Virus record (IMG/VR): IMGVR_UViG_3300044612_000719 | Coordinates: 1 to 64,000 of that record | Reading direction: 5' to 3' (one strand) | DNA length: 64,000 nt | Source of the DNA: a virus | In this document: positions 20,068-30,135 of the stretch, in pieces | How positions within the stretch are numbered: the first letter of the stretch is position 1 | How the letters are laid out: each line of letters begins with the position of its first letter | Notes under the pieces: model-generated | What the model saw: the letters and a program-made list of their open reading frames with translations, nothing else | Told to the model about the DNA's origin: nothing | Database searches by the model: none | Translations under genes and position numbers: made by a program

Positions 20068-20868
20068 TTAGAACCGACCCCTATTGGGGCGGGCATTAAG
20101 TAGCCGATCACGCATTTTCGCATACTGATCCATTGTCATATTACGGATGTCATCCGCATTTAACGTTTGGTATTCCGTTTGAGTTTCCATTGGCCCTACA
20201 GGAGGCGCCGTTACTGGTGCCCCCCTCAAGCGACCTTGCTGTTGCGCAGTCGCTTGTTGGATTGATTCAAGAATAGCAGAACTTCGGTCACGAAGTACAC
20301 TAATTGATGTTTCAATCTCATCTTCCGAATTACCCGATACGAGATCAATGAGTTCAGGGATGATTTCTTCCTGTGACTCTTGAAGTCGGCGGTTACGGTA
20401 AGAACTAAGTTCCTGAAGGCGGCGCTCTTTTTCAATGATTGCCTCTTGGGCTAGGCGCTGTGCCTCAATCTCGTCAAAACGGCGCTTGTAGTCACCGTCA
20501 ATTTCTTGAAGTTTCAGGTTAAATTCCTCTTCACGCTTCAGGAGAAGTTCCTTGGCGCTCAGTTCGTCAATCTCACGTTGACGCAGAATATCTGCCTCTT
20601 TAGCGGCACGTGCTTCAGCCTCTTTTTTAGCGGCTTCACGTTCAGCAGTGATTTGGCTCATTTGCTCTTCCATGCTCTTCACACGGGTATCCGCTTCTTC
20701 AAGACGCTTGTACATCTTGTCTTTTTCTTGCTTGCGGATACTTTCAACTTCATCTTCGGTGAATACCTTAGAAGTTGTTTTCATTGCCGACTCTACGAAC
20801 TGTTCCACCATAGGGGCGTCCGCAGGTACGCTGATAATGTCCCCTTCGGGACTGGTATTTCTTGCCAT
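20068..20868 (-). CDS. Capsid scaffolding protein
   Basis: Glu/Lys coiled coil; FTEDEVESIRKQEKDK; C-terminal IRNMTMDQYAKMR; between portal and capsid genes. Confidence 0.85.
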   Translation of the reverse strand: MARNTSPEGDIISVPADAPMVEQFVESAMKTTSKVFTEDEVESIRKQEKDKMYKRLEEADTRVKSMEEQMSQITAEREAAKKEAEARAAKEADILRQREIDELSAKELLLKREEEFNLKLQEIDGDYKRRFDEIEAQRLAQEAIIEKERRLQELSSYRNRRLQESQEEIIPELIDLVSGNSEDEIETSISVLRDRSSAILESIQQATAQQQGRLRGAPVTAPPVGPMETQTEYQTLNADDIRNMTMDQYAKMRDRLLNARPNRGRF

Positions 20869-20917
20869 GTCTATTCCTTATGTGTTGTTTGGCGATTAAT
20901 AACTGTTATTAAGTAAC

Positions 20918-22606
20918 TTAATTGTCTTCGTCTGGGTTACGGCGTTGGGCGAACCTTGCTCCGTATGCCCGTGAAACTAACTTGTTAACTATCTCTTCTT
21001 CAATTGGTGGAACCCCTGGTAAAGGAGCATTACCACCATTTGATGAAGTGACATTACCATCTCCAGATGGGGTAGGTGCGGGAGCCGCCCCACCGTCTGG
21101 TGTCGCAACCATTCCAGTAGCCAACATAATGGCTTGCTGAATTTGGGCACGCATCATGTCAAGAGCGCCTTGATCCAGGGCGTCGTCTTGAAGTTCTTCA
21201 AAGATTTCAAGCATCTTTTCGTTCGGGAATTCCTCACCCAATGTGGCAAGAGCACCACGCTTGGACTCAAGACCAAGAGCCATCTTGGCTTGTACTTCAT
21301 TGAGTTTGATAAGCACATCAACAGGAAGCGGTTCAGGCCAGTGAACGGTTGTCCTGTAAGTAACAGGGTCAGCAGGATCCAACTGTGGGAGTTGGTCTGG
21401 TTCTGGTTCAGCCGCAATAGATGGGTTGTACGTCAACCATTCAGGCTGGAAAATAGCAACAGTACGAATGATGATTTCGTTTACTTTTTCAAGACCCTTT
21501 GTGAAGTGGATCTTTTTCATCATGAAACGGTTCATCATTGGCTGGTACTGAATAGCCAAAGCAACACCTGAGGTGTTTGATACTGGTTGGAATTGACCAA
21601 GAGCGGTCTCAGGGACACCAGTGATTTCGTGCATAGTGCGCTTTAAGAAAGTGATGTATTCCAAAGCGCCAGCCATCTCACCACGTGATTCAAGGTTGAA
21701 TACGTTTGCGTCTTTAGGAAGACCAGCCCAAACTTTCTTAGGTCCACGCTCTAGTTGCGAAGCCTTAGCACCAGTGATGATGGTTACAGGAGCGGCGTGG
21801 TAGTTGATGATGTCTGAGACTTCAACCATCTTCTCATTGAGTTCACGGTTGAGAGGAATAATATCCCAAATGTCTGACTGACCCCAAGGTGAAGAAGAGA
21901 TGGTGGAGTTCGGGATGTGAACGATAGGAATCATTCCCAACACGTTCTCGTACTGGTCAATGAGTTCATCGTTAATAAACTGTTGAACAGTTTCATCAGT
22001 AAGAATCTCAGTGAATGTGTAAACCTGACGAGTGCCTTCTGGAGATGTCCCCCAGAATCGGTATTTAAGTTTGAAGCGAATCAAACGGTCACGGTCATGC
22101 GGGTGATACTCAGGGAAGCAGTGCGCTGGGTTCAAAGGAATAATGCGCACACGTCCTTCGTGTGGAACGCCAGCAGGGTCTACGTAAGGCTCCTCATAGG
22201 CAACCTTGACAAACACGTCACCCGTTACTGAGGCTAGTTGTCCCATTTCCCAAAGCACATAATGTTTGTTGTTATCTTGATCCCAAACTTTATGGAGCAG
22301 GTGTGGAGTGATAGCACCATTTTGCTCAGGCACTTTAAATTGCACACCCTTACCAAAACAAAAGTTGGTAATGTAGTCCGACATAGTACGGACATAGTTC
22401 ATGTAGAACTGAGACTCGCCCATCTCACGGCGGTACGACCAGTGATGTCCTAGGTACCACGCCCAAGCCGCAGAATAACGGTTTAAACGTGGTCCATGAA
22501 CTTCAAACTCTTCGTCTGCGAGTTCAACCAATCCAAGCGGAGAGATAGCAACTGTGAGGTCACTTGAAGATGCACGATAAGAAGGTGACCAAAAATCAAC
22601 AGCCAT
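20918..22606 (-). CDS. Portal protein (SPP1 gp6-like)
   Basis: NVLGMIPIVHIPN...WGQSDI, NTSGVAL, VHWPEPLP motifs; synteny. Confidence 0.9.
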   Translation of the reverse strand: MAVDFWSPSYRASSSDLTVAISPLGLVELADEEFEVHGPRLNRYSAAWAWYLGHHWSYRREMGESQFYMNYVRTMSDYITNFCFGKGVQFKVPEQNGAITPHLLHKVWDQDNNKHYVLWEMGQLASVTGDVFVKVAYEEPYVDPAGVPHEGRVRIIPLNPAHCFPEYHPHDRDRLIRFKLKYRFWGTSPEGTRQVYTFTEILTDETVQQFINDELIDQYENVLGMIPIVHIPNSTISSSPWGQSDIWDIIPLNRELNEKMVEVSDIINYHAAPVTIITGAKASQLERGPKKVWAGLPKDANVFNLESRGEMAGALEYITFLKRTMHEITGVPETALGQFQPVSNTSGVALAIQYQPMMNRFMMKKIHFTKGLEKVNEIIIRTVAIFQPEWLTYNPSIAAEPEPDQLPQLDPADPVTYRTTVHWPEPLPVDVLIKLNEVQAKMALGLESKRGALATLGEEFPNEKMLEIFEELQDDALDQGALDMMRAQIQQAIMLATGMVATPDGGAAPAPTPSGDGNVTSSNGGNAPLPGVPPIEEEIVNKLVSRAYGARFAQRRNPDEDN

Positions 22607-22645
22607 TAGTTATATCTTTCCACAAAAAAGGAGGATATGAATATC

Positions 22646-22930
22646 TTACTTCTTTTTTGGAGCGGCTTTCTTAGCGGCGGCTTTTACAGGAGCAGGTGCT
22701 TCTGCTTTAGCAGGAGCGGCGGCAATTGCCTGTTCAGCGACTTTCAAAAGAAGTGTAGTGTTTGCAGGACCAATCTTGGTGGAAACCACCGAGATAGCGG
22801 CGGCAACAAATGGCAATGCCAAAGCAACAAGTTCAGTTGAAATGTTGTACTTAGCGGCGGCAAATGTCAGGATACCGAGAGCGGCACCTTTGATAGCGGC
22901 GTCTGCGTGGGCTGTCTTTAATTGACTCAT
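22646..22930 (-). CDS. Two-TM membrane protein with Ala/Lys tail (holin-like)
   Basis: Two hydrophobic helices; AKKAAPKKK tail; AGGAG SD. Confidence 0.55.
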   Translation of the reverse strand: MSQLKTAHADAAIKGAALGILTFAAAKYNISTELVALALPFVAAAISVVSTKIGPANTTLLLKVAEQAIAAAPAKAEAPAPVKAAAKKAAPKKK

Positions 22931-22955
22931 TATTTCTCCTTGGTAGGTGTATTGA

Positions 22956-23588
22956 TTATACCGTTTTACGGGTTCTTAGGTTTTCTTGACCTTGTACGTA
23001 GGTTTGGTACGGAGGTCCAGTGTAGGGGTCAAACCGAGCCGAAATGTTAAGAGCCTTAAGGGCACTCGTTTTAGCCTGCTGGGCTGTCCACTTCTTTTTG
23101 TTCATCATGACCTGTAGGGCACCTAAAGCGTATTGAGCACCAGATCCAATGGCATATATACCACTGGCTTCAGAGGACCACGCATAGTCTCCGTCCACCA
23201 TGTAAATAACACCGTTAATGACCACAAGAATGCTTGACCCTTGTTCAGCAATATGTTGTTTGTTTTCGTTGAGGTCTGGGATTGAGTAACCCTGAGCGTC
23301 AAAACATTCACGCAATGCAGGGATGAACTTGGCAGTAAAGAACTGGTCAAGTTTCTTTCCCTTTAAATTTGGAGGTACTGCTGGGGGCTGGAAAACATGG
23401 TGCAAGATATTGATTGCACGCACATCCCCAGCCGCACCTAACAGATACTTACCGTTTGTGGCAACTTTGCTAGAGCCTTCACGAAGCGTTCCAGTTTGAG
23501 CAAGCCCATCGGAATACATGGTGGAGATACGTGAGTCAACACATACCACGGCAAAACCGTCACCTTGGATTCCGACAATGGTTGTCAT
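22956..23588 (-). CDS. Ntn-hydrolase, HslV/proteasome beta-subunit-like peptidase
   Basis: MTTIVGI...DSR N-terminal Thr nucleophile, K, AIGSGAQYALGAL, DPYTG. Confidence 0.85.
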   Translation of the reverse strand: MTTIVGIQGDGFAVVCVDSRISTMYSDGLAQTGTLREGSSKVATNGKYLLGAAGDVRAINILHHVFQPPAVPPNLKGKKLDQFFTAKFIPALRECFDAQGYSIPDLNENKQHIAEQGSSILVVINGVIYMVDGDYAWSSEASGIYAIGSGAQYALGALQVMMNKKKWTAQQAKTSALKALNISARFDPYTGPPYQTYVQGQENLRTRKTV

Positions 23589-24742
23589 TAGTCTGCTTGG
23601 TATTCCTTACCTTGGTACATTCCCCAACCGTTGTAGATTGGAATTACATCGTAAGAGAAACGATGCTGACCATCGTCTTCATAACGAACAATACCCAATC
23701 CTTGTTGCCAATTCTCATGGCGAGTAAGCGGGCGTCCGTCAAGGTCTACACCGCCCTTTGTGCTGGGAATAGCGCCGTCAATGCGAGCAAGGCAACCAGG
23801 AGAAGCAGCCATGATGGTGCGTGGACCATCAAAGTCTTCACGTGTTTTAAACGCTGTTTCAATGCGGTGAATGTGCCCATAGATAACGCTCGTCTTTTCA
23901 TTGTTGAGATAGATGTGTGCAGTTGATCCTGAGGACTTAACACGATCGCCGTGGATGATTCGCAGTTTTTCATTGACCCAATAGTCTGATGCTGGATAAC
24001 CTGGCTTGTAAATTACATTGAAGTCATCCATACGACAGAGGTATGGAACACTCAAAACAGGCCATGATTCTGGGGTATTTCCCTTACGCAAACCATAAGC
24101 GGCTGATGCGTTAACCAAAACATATTTAGGCATACGCTCTTCGTGGTTACCAGCAAGCCATACGATTTCTGCACTAGGAGCCGCCGCACGCATCTGTGCA
24201 CAGAACACTGTTGCACGATCAATTGATGCTTGCGTTGTTTGTGCATACGCAGGGTACGTCAAGTACTTACCCATCTCAGGGAAGTCAAGGTTGTCACCAA
24301 CACAAATGACTGTGTCAGGATTCATCTCTTCAATGATCTTGAGTGCAACGTCAAGTGCTTTCTCATCATGAGTTGGTTCTAGTGTTCCATCACGACCACG
24401 GTAGTAACCAATCTGAATGTCAGGAACAACAACGCATGTTTTAAATGTTGTTGGCTTCTTTACCTTTGCTTTAGGTACTGGCATCTTGATTGCAGGACCT
24501 TGTGTAACAACAGGCCATTCAGGACCAGTTTCCCACTTAGGTGAAAACTGAATTGCGGCAAGGTCATGAATATGTGCTTCACCGTCTGAGTCTTTTGACA
24601 TTGCTTGATACAACTTGACACGCTTGATGTCACCGATTTCGTTGATGTCAATGTTCTTGCTCTCAAGCATTTCAACTAATTTGCCAAGCAACTTAGTCTT
24701 ATCTTGTGGTGCTGTTGTTAACGCTTTTGCTAATTCACTCAT
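23588..24742 (-). CDS. Calcineurin-like metallophosphoesterase
   Basis: PDIQ, GDNLD, GNHE, HG, GHIHR motifs; likely start MSELAK at 24742. Confidence 0.88.
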   Translation of the reverse strand: MSELAKALTTAPQDKTKLLGKLVEMLESKNIDINEIGDIKRVKLYQAMSKDSDGEAHIHDLAAIQFSPKWETGPEWPVVTQGPAIKMPVPKAKVKKPTTFKTCVVVPDIQIGYYRGRDGTLEPTHDEKALDVALKIIEEMNPDTVICVGDNLDFPEMGKYLTYPAYAQTTQASIDRATVFCAQMRAAAPSAEIVWLAGNHEERMPKYVLVNASAAYGLRKGNTPESWPVLSVPYLCRMDDFNVIYKPGYPASDYWVNEKLRIIHGDRVKSSGSTAHIYLNNEKTSVIYGHIHRIETAFKTREDFDGPRTIMAASPGCLARIDGAIPSTKGGVDLDGRPLTRHENWQQGLGIVRYEDDGQHRFSYDVIPIYNGWGMYQGKEYQAD

Positions 24743-25038
24743 TGTGCATCTCCTTGGTAACAGCAACACTCTTTATTGACGTGGCGCTGGATCGTACTTA
24801 TACTCACGTTGTAACCATGTTGGCGCATAACTTTTGTAAGCCATGATGCGCTGTATGTTTTGCTTTTACCTAAACCGTTGTCCTCACGAATGAGTTCAAT
24901 TGCACGGTTAATTGCTTCTTGTTCTTCAGCAGACATTTTGGCTACTGTTCTGGTGAACTTACATGTGTCTGCCGAAAGGTTAGTTCGGGGTGACAATAGG
25001 GCGTCCAGCAGACTTGTTTTCTGCTCTTCTTGTTTCAC
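24739..25038 (-). CDS. Small HTH-like/Cys-containing protein coupled to the phosphoesterase
   Basis: SASWLTKVMRQHGYNVSISTIQRH..KECCC; ATGA coupling. Confidence 0.55.
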   Translation of the reverse strand: MKQEEQKTSLLDALLSPRTNLSADTCKFTRTVAKMSAEEQEAINRAIELIREDNGLGKSKTYSASWLTKVMRQHGYNVSISTIQRHVNKECCCYQGDAQ

Positions 25039-25112
25039 AAATACCTAACCTTTTTCAATTCAGAATTACGGTCAGGAATATCCTAGCACCCTATTCACGG
25101 GTGTGCCAAGTA

Positions 25113-25349
25113 TCACTTTGTCTTATCTAGGTGCCAATCAATGTGGTTGTCAAGACGCTCAGAAACAGATTGGACTTTGTCGCCCACATTCTCAACACTG
25201 CGTCTTACAGTTTTTAAATGAAGCATGACCATCCCGTGGTCATTACGATTCTCTTTACGGAGGTCTTTTAGTTGTTTAATTCCTGCGCCAACCGCTCCAG
25301 CAAGCGTTGTAATAAGCGTGGCAATGATGAGCGCCCATGCATCTGTCAT
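25113..25349 (-). CDS. Single-TM coiled-coil membrane protein (lysis-accessory-like)
   Basis: N-terminal hydrophobic helix, ENRNDH...RLDNHIDWH. Confidence 0.6.
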   Translation of the reverse strand: MTDAWALIIATLITTLAGAVGAGIKQLKDLRKENRNDHGMVMLHLKTVRRSVENVGDKVQSVSERLDNHIDWHLDKTK

Positions 25350-26380
25350 GCGTTATGCGGCCGTCTACGGGAGATCTGAACAGGTGACTCTGCTGATCCA
25401 CTTTGCATCTGGCGAATAAAACCAGTCTCATCAAAAACGCCACGGCGTCCTTCAACTGTGATTTCCTTGGCTCGTAGGGCTACTGCTCCACCAATCCTTT
25501 CGTCAAGGTGGCGCATGTCGTGGGCGTCTCCAGCGGATTCCCCACGTGACGTACGAACTGTTGGAAGTTCAATACTGCGTCCTTGCTTGTCATTGATGGT
25601 CAATGAGTCAGGTATCTTGTCACCCTTTTTAATATTGAGAGGAACTGCAACGTTTCTACCAGACTTAGTAATCTGCTCAATACGTGGAACAGTGGTGTTC
25701 TCAGTAAGGCTGTGGATCCAGTGGTAGTTGCTGTATGGGTTTGGATCCTCATGTTCAACAACGTCATGGGTATTAAACTTTGTATATTCGTTGAACTGTG
25801 TTCCTGGACGGGAGCCAATCAAAAGGTCAGAAGTCTGACCAAGGCGGTGCCAACCAACGTCTGAAGTACCGTTCAAGCGCACCACAGGAGTCCTGCGCAT
25901 GGCACGTGACGTCCGTTCGTGGTTACGGATCTCGGAATGGACAAGACCCAAATACATGTCTGGCTGTTCCCATGCCATTTTGGTTCGTGCTTGTTTAGCA
26001 ATTTCACCGCCAGTCAAACCAAGTTGACCAGACCCGCTCAAGCATGCACCTTTACAACCCTTAGTTTCAGAACCGCAGGTGTTGCAACCCTTAATACCGC
26101 TTTGGTTAGATGGTTGCAGGTATTGAACCAACTGCTTTGAACCCAATACGCCATGTTCACCAGAGGTTTCGTTGTGCTCTAGTTTTGTGGAACTTCCCAG
26201 CAAATGGGGTTTAATACCGCCACGAAGGATGTCTCCACCCTTAGTTGTCCCTGTAGTTGACCGTGACATAGCACTAAAGGTTTCTTTTGCTTCCTTGAGA
26301 CCAGCACCTGTTGAGTACTTAAGGACGTCATCAACGCTTGCTTCGGCAAGGCGTTTTTCTAAACTAGACCTAGTTCCCAT
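25346..26380 (-). CDS. Gp88-like protein (Cys-cluster, radical-SAM-related fold)
   Basis: CNTC...CKGACL..SG, RLNGTSD, QFNEYTK, NVAVP, GD.HDMRHLD. Confidence 0.75.
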   Translation of the reverse strand: MGTRSSLEKRLAEASVDDVLKYSTGAGLKEAKETFSAMSRSTTGTTKGGDILRGGIKPHLLGSSTKLEHNETSGEHGVLGSKQLVQYLQPSNQSGIKGCNTCGSETKGCKGACLSGSGQLGLTGGEIAKQARTKMAWEQPDMYLGLVHSEIRNHERTSRAMRRTPVVRLNGTSDVGWHRLGQTSDLLIGSRPGTQFNEYTKFNTHDVVEHEDPNPYSNYHWIHSLTENTTVPRIEQITKSGRNVAVPLNIKKGDKIPDSLTINDKQGRSIELPTVRTSRGESAGDAHDMRHLDERIGGAVALRAKEITVEGRRGVFDETGFIRQMQSGSAESPVQISRRRPHNA

Positions 26381-26382
26381 AC

Positions 26383-26841
26383 CTACGCTCCATCTTTATT
26401 CTGAGGATTTGCTTTTATATAAGACGAAATGCCCTGCGCACGGCGTCGCATTGGGTCTTGTGGGCGGTGGTTCATCCGAACACCTGTAGAAGTTTTGTTT
26501 AAATTAGATCGCACTGGTTTAAACAAATCAAGCGCATCTTGGTAACCAACGCCAAGACCTGACATATTGCGCTTCATATCAATCCCACCTTTAGGACCAT
26601 ATGACTTTCCTATTTGTGGGTTGCGGTCATCTGTACCATAGTCAGGACGACGGTACTGCTGATGTGATTCGTGGAAGTGTTGTTTGCGAGACCTTACAGC
26701 CCCTGCAAAGAATCCAGCCCCAGCGTAAACCTGACCAATGCCGATCCCAGACTGGGTATTAGTAGGGGGAGTCGGTTGACTCCCCCCACCATTAACAGCG
26801 CTGTCAGTTGTGCTGGCGCCTGCGTCGGCGCCGCCTTCCAT
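26383..26841 (-). CDS. Hypothetical low-complexity basic protein
   Basis: ORF track; operon packing. Confidence 0.6.
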   Translation of the reverse strand: MEGGADAGASTTDSAVNGGGSQPTPPTNTQSGIGIGQVYAGAGFFAGAVRSRKQHFHESHQQYRRPDYGTDDRNPQIGKSYGPKGGIDMKRNMSGLGVGYQDALDLFKPVRSNLNKTSTGVRMNHRPQDPMRRRAQGISSYIKANPQNKDGA

Positions 26842-26843
26842 AA

Positions 26844-27245
26844 CTAGTCGTTAACGACTGTTGGGTTCATGCGGTTCATGTGACCGCCGCTGTTGTACTC
26901 GTACTCAAACTGTGGCATTCCGTCGCCTGACATTGAGCCTTGTACAAACTCTGAGAGCACCGATGGTGCCTCAATCCACGAAGCCGAGCCAACATGAGCA
27001 CGCTCACGCATCGTCTCTTCTGGATACTTGTAAAACATCTCAGGGTTGTTGTGGTTCTGACGACCAGGAGCCGACGAGGTGTCAGCGTATGCACCACGAC
27101 CGAAATCGTTTGGTACGTCTGTGTCAGTTGCTACGCCTTCTTCAAAGCGAAGCGGTCCACGGTTGCCTGGGATGCTTGGCGCCATTGAACGCTCAAAAAC
27201 GTTCGGTGAGCGCTCTGGGAATTGTGGTGCTGGTGCTACGTTCAC
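26844..27245 (-). CDS. Hypothetical protein downstream of terminase
   Basis: GTG start with GGAGG SD; PLRFEEGVATDTDVP...RERAHVGSASW. Confidence 0.7.
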   Translation of the reverse strand: MNVAPAPQFPERSPNVFERSMAPSIPGNRGPLRFEEGVATDTDVPNDFGRGAYADTSSAPGRQNHNNPEMFYKYPEETMRERAHVGSASWIEAPSVLSEFVQGSMSGDGMPQFEYEYNSGGHMNRMNPTVVND

Positions 27246-27290
27246 GTAAGCCTCCGTAATAGGGGTTTTTAACTTGTAACTAGATTACCA

Positions 27291-28850
27291 TCAATTAAAG
27301 AATGGATTTTCTGCCACCTGTATTTGAGGCAGGGTATCATGCATGGTCATAAAACAGGCGATTGCTAGGGAGTCTGGGTAGTCGTCAAAGGCACCTTTTT
27401 CATCAGGGGCTTCAGCCAACATATATGGACCACGGTAGGTCTTCTCTAGGTCGCTCATCTGTTGATTGAACCGCTTCCAACCACGGGTACGGCGAGCCTT
27501 GGAGTGACCTGGAATTATTAATTGCTCTCTCTGAATGAGTTCTGTTAGGTGCACCCAACGCTCGTGCTGGGCTTTAGAGTCCGAAGATATCGCAAGCACC
27601 TCAATATCAGGAAGCAGGATCTGCATACGTTCGGCTACAGCACCACCAACACCCTGAGAGTCAATACCAATTCTAAGGGGGTCGTAGTTGCGTAGGAAGT
27701 CAATAATCTGGAAGTACTGGGATTCCCATTCTTCGTTATTAATCTCTAGCCAGTTAAGGACACGGTGCTCATGGAACCCAAACGGATCTGGATGGTCCCA
27801 GTCAACCCAACAGACCGTCACTACGGTTGAGTCATTAGAACGGGCAACGTCAATACCGACCACCACAGGAGTACGCCACCATTGTTTTACTATTGGCATA
27901 GACGGGTCATACAAGCGATCTAATCGCTCTTCAGTAACAAACATACCTCGGTCAAGTACCCATTTATTGCAGTACGACATTTGGAATTCGTCTGAGTCTT
28001 CACCAATGCGCAGTTTTTCTTTAGCAATAAACTTTGCATAGTTAGCGTTGTATTTAGAAGCGACCTTCCAGTCGTACTCAAAGTGACATGGTCGTGTCTT
28101 TTTACCGTTGACCATACGTCGCTTGTTGTACTGGATCATCTTGTAAAAGTACGACTTGTTACGGGTAGCCGTACCTGTAAGGCAAATACTTCCGTTATTA
28201 AACGCCAACATCGGCTTAATTGATTTGGCGATCATGTACTCGTCGGCTTCCTGAGCCTCATCAATCATGACGAAGTGGTACGTTTTTGATTCAATCTTTG
28301 CTTTTGGGTTACAGGTTTGCATACGGCAAAGCGATCCAGAATGCTTCAAGGTAATAATGCGACCCTTACCACGGGCGCCACCTGATGTTGCTTTGTCGTC
28401 AATCTCTGGGTCTAACAGGAAGTCCATTGCATGGTCGCTAGTGAGTTTGCCAACGATACGACTAAATACTGTGTCTGCTTGGTCTTCTACTGGTGCAAAC
28501 ACTCCACACCAAAAGCCTTTTTCAAACTTATCAAGCCATGTCGGATATATCTTTGACAACTTAGGCAAGATGACCATGAGCGAAGCCATGACGTTAGACA
28601 GCACTTCAGACTTACCTGACTGACGTGTAGCAACCACTGTCATTTCCTCACCGTCACCAAGAATGACCGATTCAATTAATCGGTAAGCAATTGGGATCTG
28701 GTATGGGAACAACTCCACGTCACAGAACTCTTCGGTAAATACAATAATGCGTTTTACCAGTTCGTCTATGAATTCGGCGGACGTTTCGTCCAGTTCCTCG
28801 GCTATGTCCTCCGCTAAGAGGTTTTCGTCTAATTCGTCGTCTGTGAGCAC
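27291..28850 (-). CDS. terL: Terminase large subunit
   Basis: YQ motif, Walker A RQSGKS, Walker B VMIDEAQ, coupling motif TGT, nuclease VGIDVA...DDYPDS. Confidence 0.93.
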   Translation of the reverse strand: MLTDDELDENLLAEDIAEELDETSAEFIDELVKRIIVFTEEFCDVELFPYQIPIAYRLIESVILGDGEEMTVVATRQSGKSEVLSNVMASLMVILPKLSKIYPTWLDKFEKGFWCGVFAPVEDQADTVFSRIVGKLTSDHAMDFLLDPEIDDKATSGGARGKGRIITLKHSGSLCRMQTCNPKAKIESKTYHFVMIDEAQEADEYMIAKSIKPMLAFNNGSICLTGTATRNKSYFYKMIQYNKRRMVNGKKTRPCHFEYDWKVASKYNANYAKFIAKEKLRIGEDSDEFQMSYCNKWVLDRGMFVTEERLDRLYDPSMPIVKQWWRTPVVVGIDVARSNDSTVVTVCWVDWDHPDPFGFHEHRVLNWLEINNEEWESQYFQIIDFLRNYDPLRIGIDSQGVGGAVAERMQILLPDIEVLAISSDSKAQHERWVHLTELIQREQLIIPGHSKARRTRGWKRFNQQMSDLEKTYRGPYMLAEAPDEKGAFDDYPDSLAIACFMTMHDTLPQIQVAENPFFN

Positions 28851-28868
28851 AGACCAATCATAGACTAA

Positions 28869-29168
28869 TTAGTAGTCGCTGTTATCAAACTTCATTTGGA
28901 GTTGCGAATCGTCGTTATAGATTGGGCGACGTGGGCGCAATTCCGAAATCAAAGCGGCTGAATCCTCAATAATCATAATGAGGGTTTTGATGTCAATAAG
29001 GACGTTTTCAGGATCTTCTTCTGACTGTTGGAACACCTTTGGAGAATACGACTCAGTGACCAAAAAGAGATCATGAACGGCATTAATGAGGCGACGCTTT
29101 TCCCCTGCTTCAATGTTTGATAGTACGGGCTTTGTTGATGTATTTGGCATAGGTTCTGATAGTACCAT
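28869..29168 (-). CDS. Hypothetical protein (start may be 29150)
   Basis: ORF track; ends QLQMKF. Confidence 0.55.
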   Translation of the reverse strand: MVLSEPMPNTSTKPVLSNIEAGEKRRLINAVHDLFLVTESYSPKVFQQSEEDPENVLIDIKTLIMIIEDSAALISELRPRRPIYNDDSQLQMKFDNSDY

Positions 29169-29170
29169 TG

Positions 29171-29407
29171 CTATTTCGTAGCGTCAACCCGACTCTGTAA
29201 CTCTTGCCACAAATCTGACAATGCTTCAATAGCGTCACTTACTTCACCATCTGGTCCATCGTGGTAACGCCAACGATCAAAGGAAGATCCAAGCATCATG
29301 ACGCTGGTATCAAACCACTGCAATAAGGATGCTCGGTCTAAGTTTTGTAAACGCTTTGGTACTTCTCTTTTAGGAGGTTCTTCTTTTTTAAAAAATCCCA
29401 TCACCAT
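29171..29407 (-). CDS. Hypothetical protein
   Basis: ORF track; operon packing. Confidence 0.6.
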   Translation of the reverse strand: MVMGFFKKEEPPKREVPKRLQNLDRASLLQWFDTSVMMLGSSFDRWRYHDGPDGEVSDAIEALSDLWQELQSRVDATK

Positions 29408-29706
29408 AATCCAATCTCTTGTGCGGGTACGTCCATTTCACGACCACCTACTGCTTGTAAAATACCATCTGTTTCATCAGTGATGTTGGCACGTTTACAT
29501 ACCCCAATTTGTAATGTGCGAGTACGGGTGCGCAACTGCACGCCTTTACCATGACGCCATGGTTGCCCTAATTCTTTCATAATACCTATACACATCAAAG
29601 GTGTATTGGTGTTTGCAAAGTCCCTAGCAATCCAATAGATCGGGCCAATACCGTGAACTTCGTTATAACTACATTTGAGACTGAACGAAAAACGTGCTCT
29701 CTTCAT
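29401..29706 (-). CDS. Hypothetical protein (start uncertain)
   Basis: Frame fills the gap; 5' end overlaps the KTSC gene. Confidence 0.5.
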   Translation of the reverse strand: MKRARFSFSLKCSYNEVHGIGPIYWIARDFANTNTPLMCIGIMKELGQPWRHGKGVQLRTRTRTLQIGVCKRANITDETDGILQAVGGREMDVPAQEIGLW

Positions 29707-30124
29707 CGCCTGATGCCCTACTGTTTGGAAAGTTATTGAGTACCGAGTTAATATAGCGTCCTTTTGATTGAGCAGACGCAAACGCTTGGTAAATATGTTC
29801 TGGAACGTTTAAGTATTTCCACGGAGTACCGTGTTTAATAAAGCGAACAAAAAGTGTGCCGTTAAAACCAATAGCGCCAGAGGTGCCTTCCATAGCAACA
29901 TAACGAAAGGCTTCTACACGACTACTTTCATCTGCGGCGTGGTAGTAAGTGGTATTAGGATCCCAATGAATTGGGATCATTTCTGTTGGCGTAAACTTTG
30001 TCTCGTTCGCACGAGTACGAGCACGCTCTTCTTGGATAGCGTACTGACCTGAGTAGTAGTTTAATCCTTCAGCAATACGGTCTCTTGCTGATCTGTTTAA
30101 GCCTGGTTTAGGTCGTGGTGCCAT
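29669..30124 (-). CDS. KTSC domain protein
   Basis: SSRVEAFRY...LFVRF...WKYLNVPEHIYQAFASAQSKGRYIN. Confidence 0.85.
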   Translation of the reverse strand: MAPRPKPGLNRSARDRIAEGLNYYSGQYAIQEERARTRANETKFTPTEMIPIHWDPNTTYYHAADESSRVEAFRYVAMEGTSGAIGFNGTLFVRFIKHGTPWKYLNVPEHIYQAFASAQSKGRYINSVLNNFPNSRASGDEESTFFVQSQM

Positions 30125-30135
30125 ACGGCTCTATA

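Noticed and set aside
18619-27245. QF near the N-terminus of 18619 (KKANQF) and 26844 (APAPQF) as further tagged proteins
   Set aside because: They lack the conserved Leu, so they are too weak to count.
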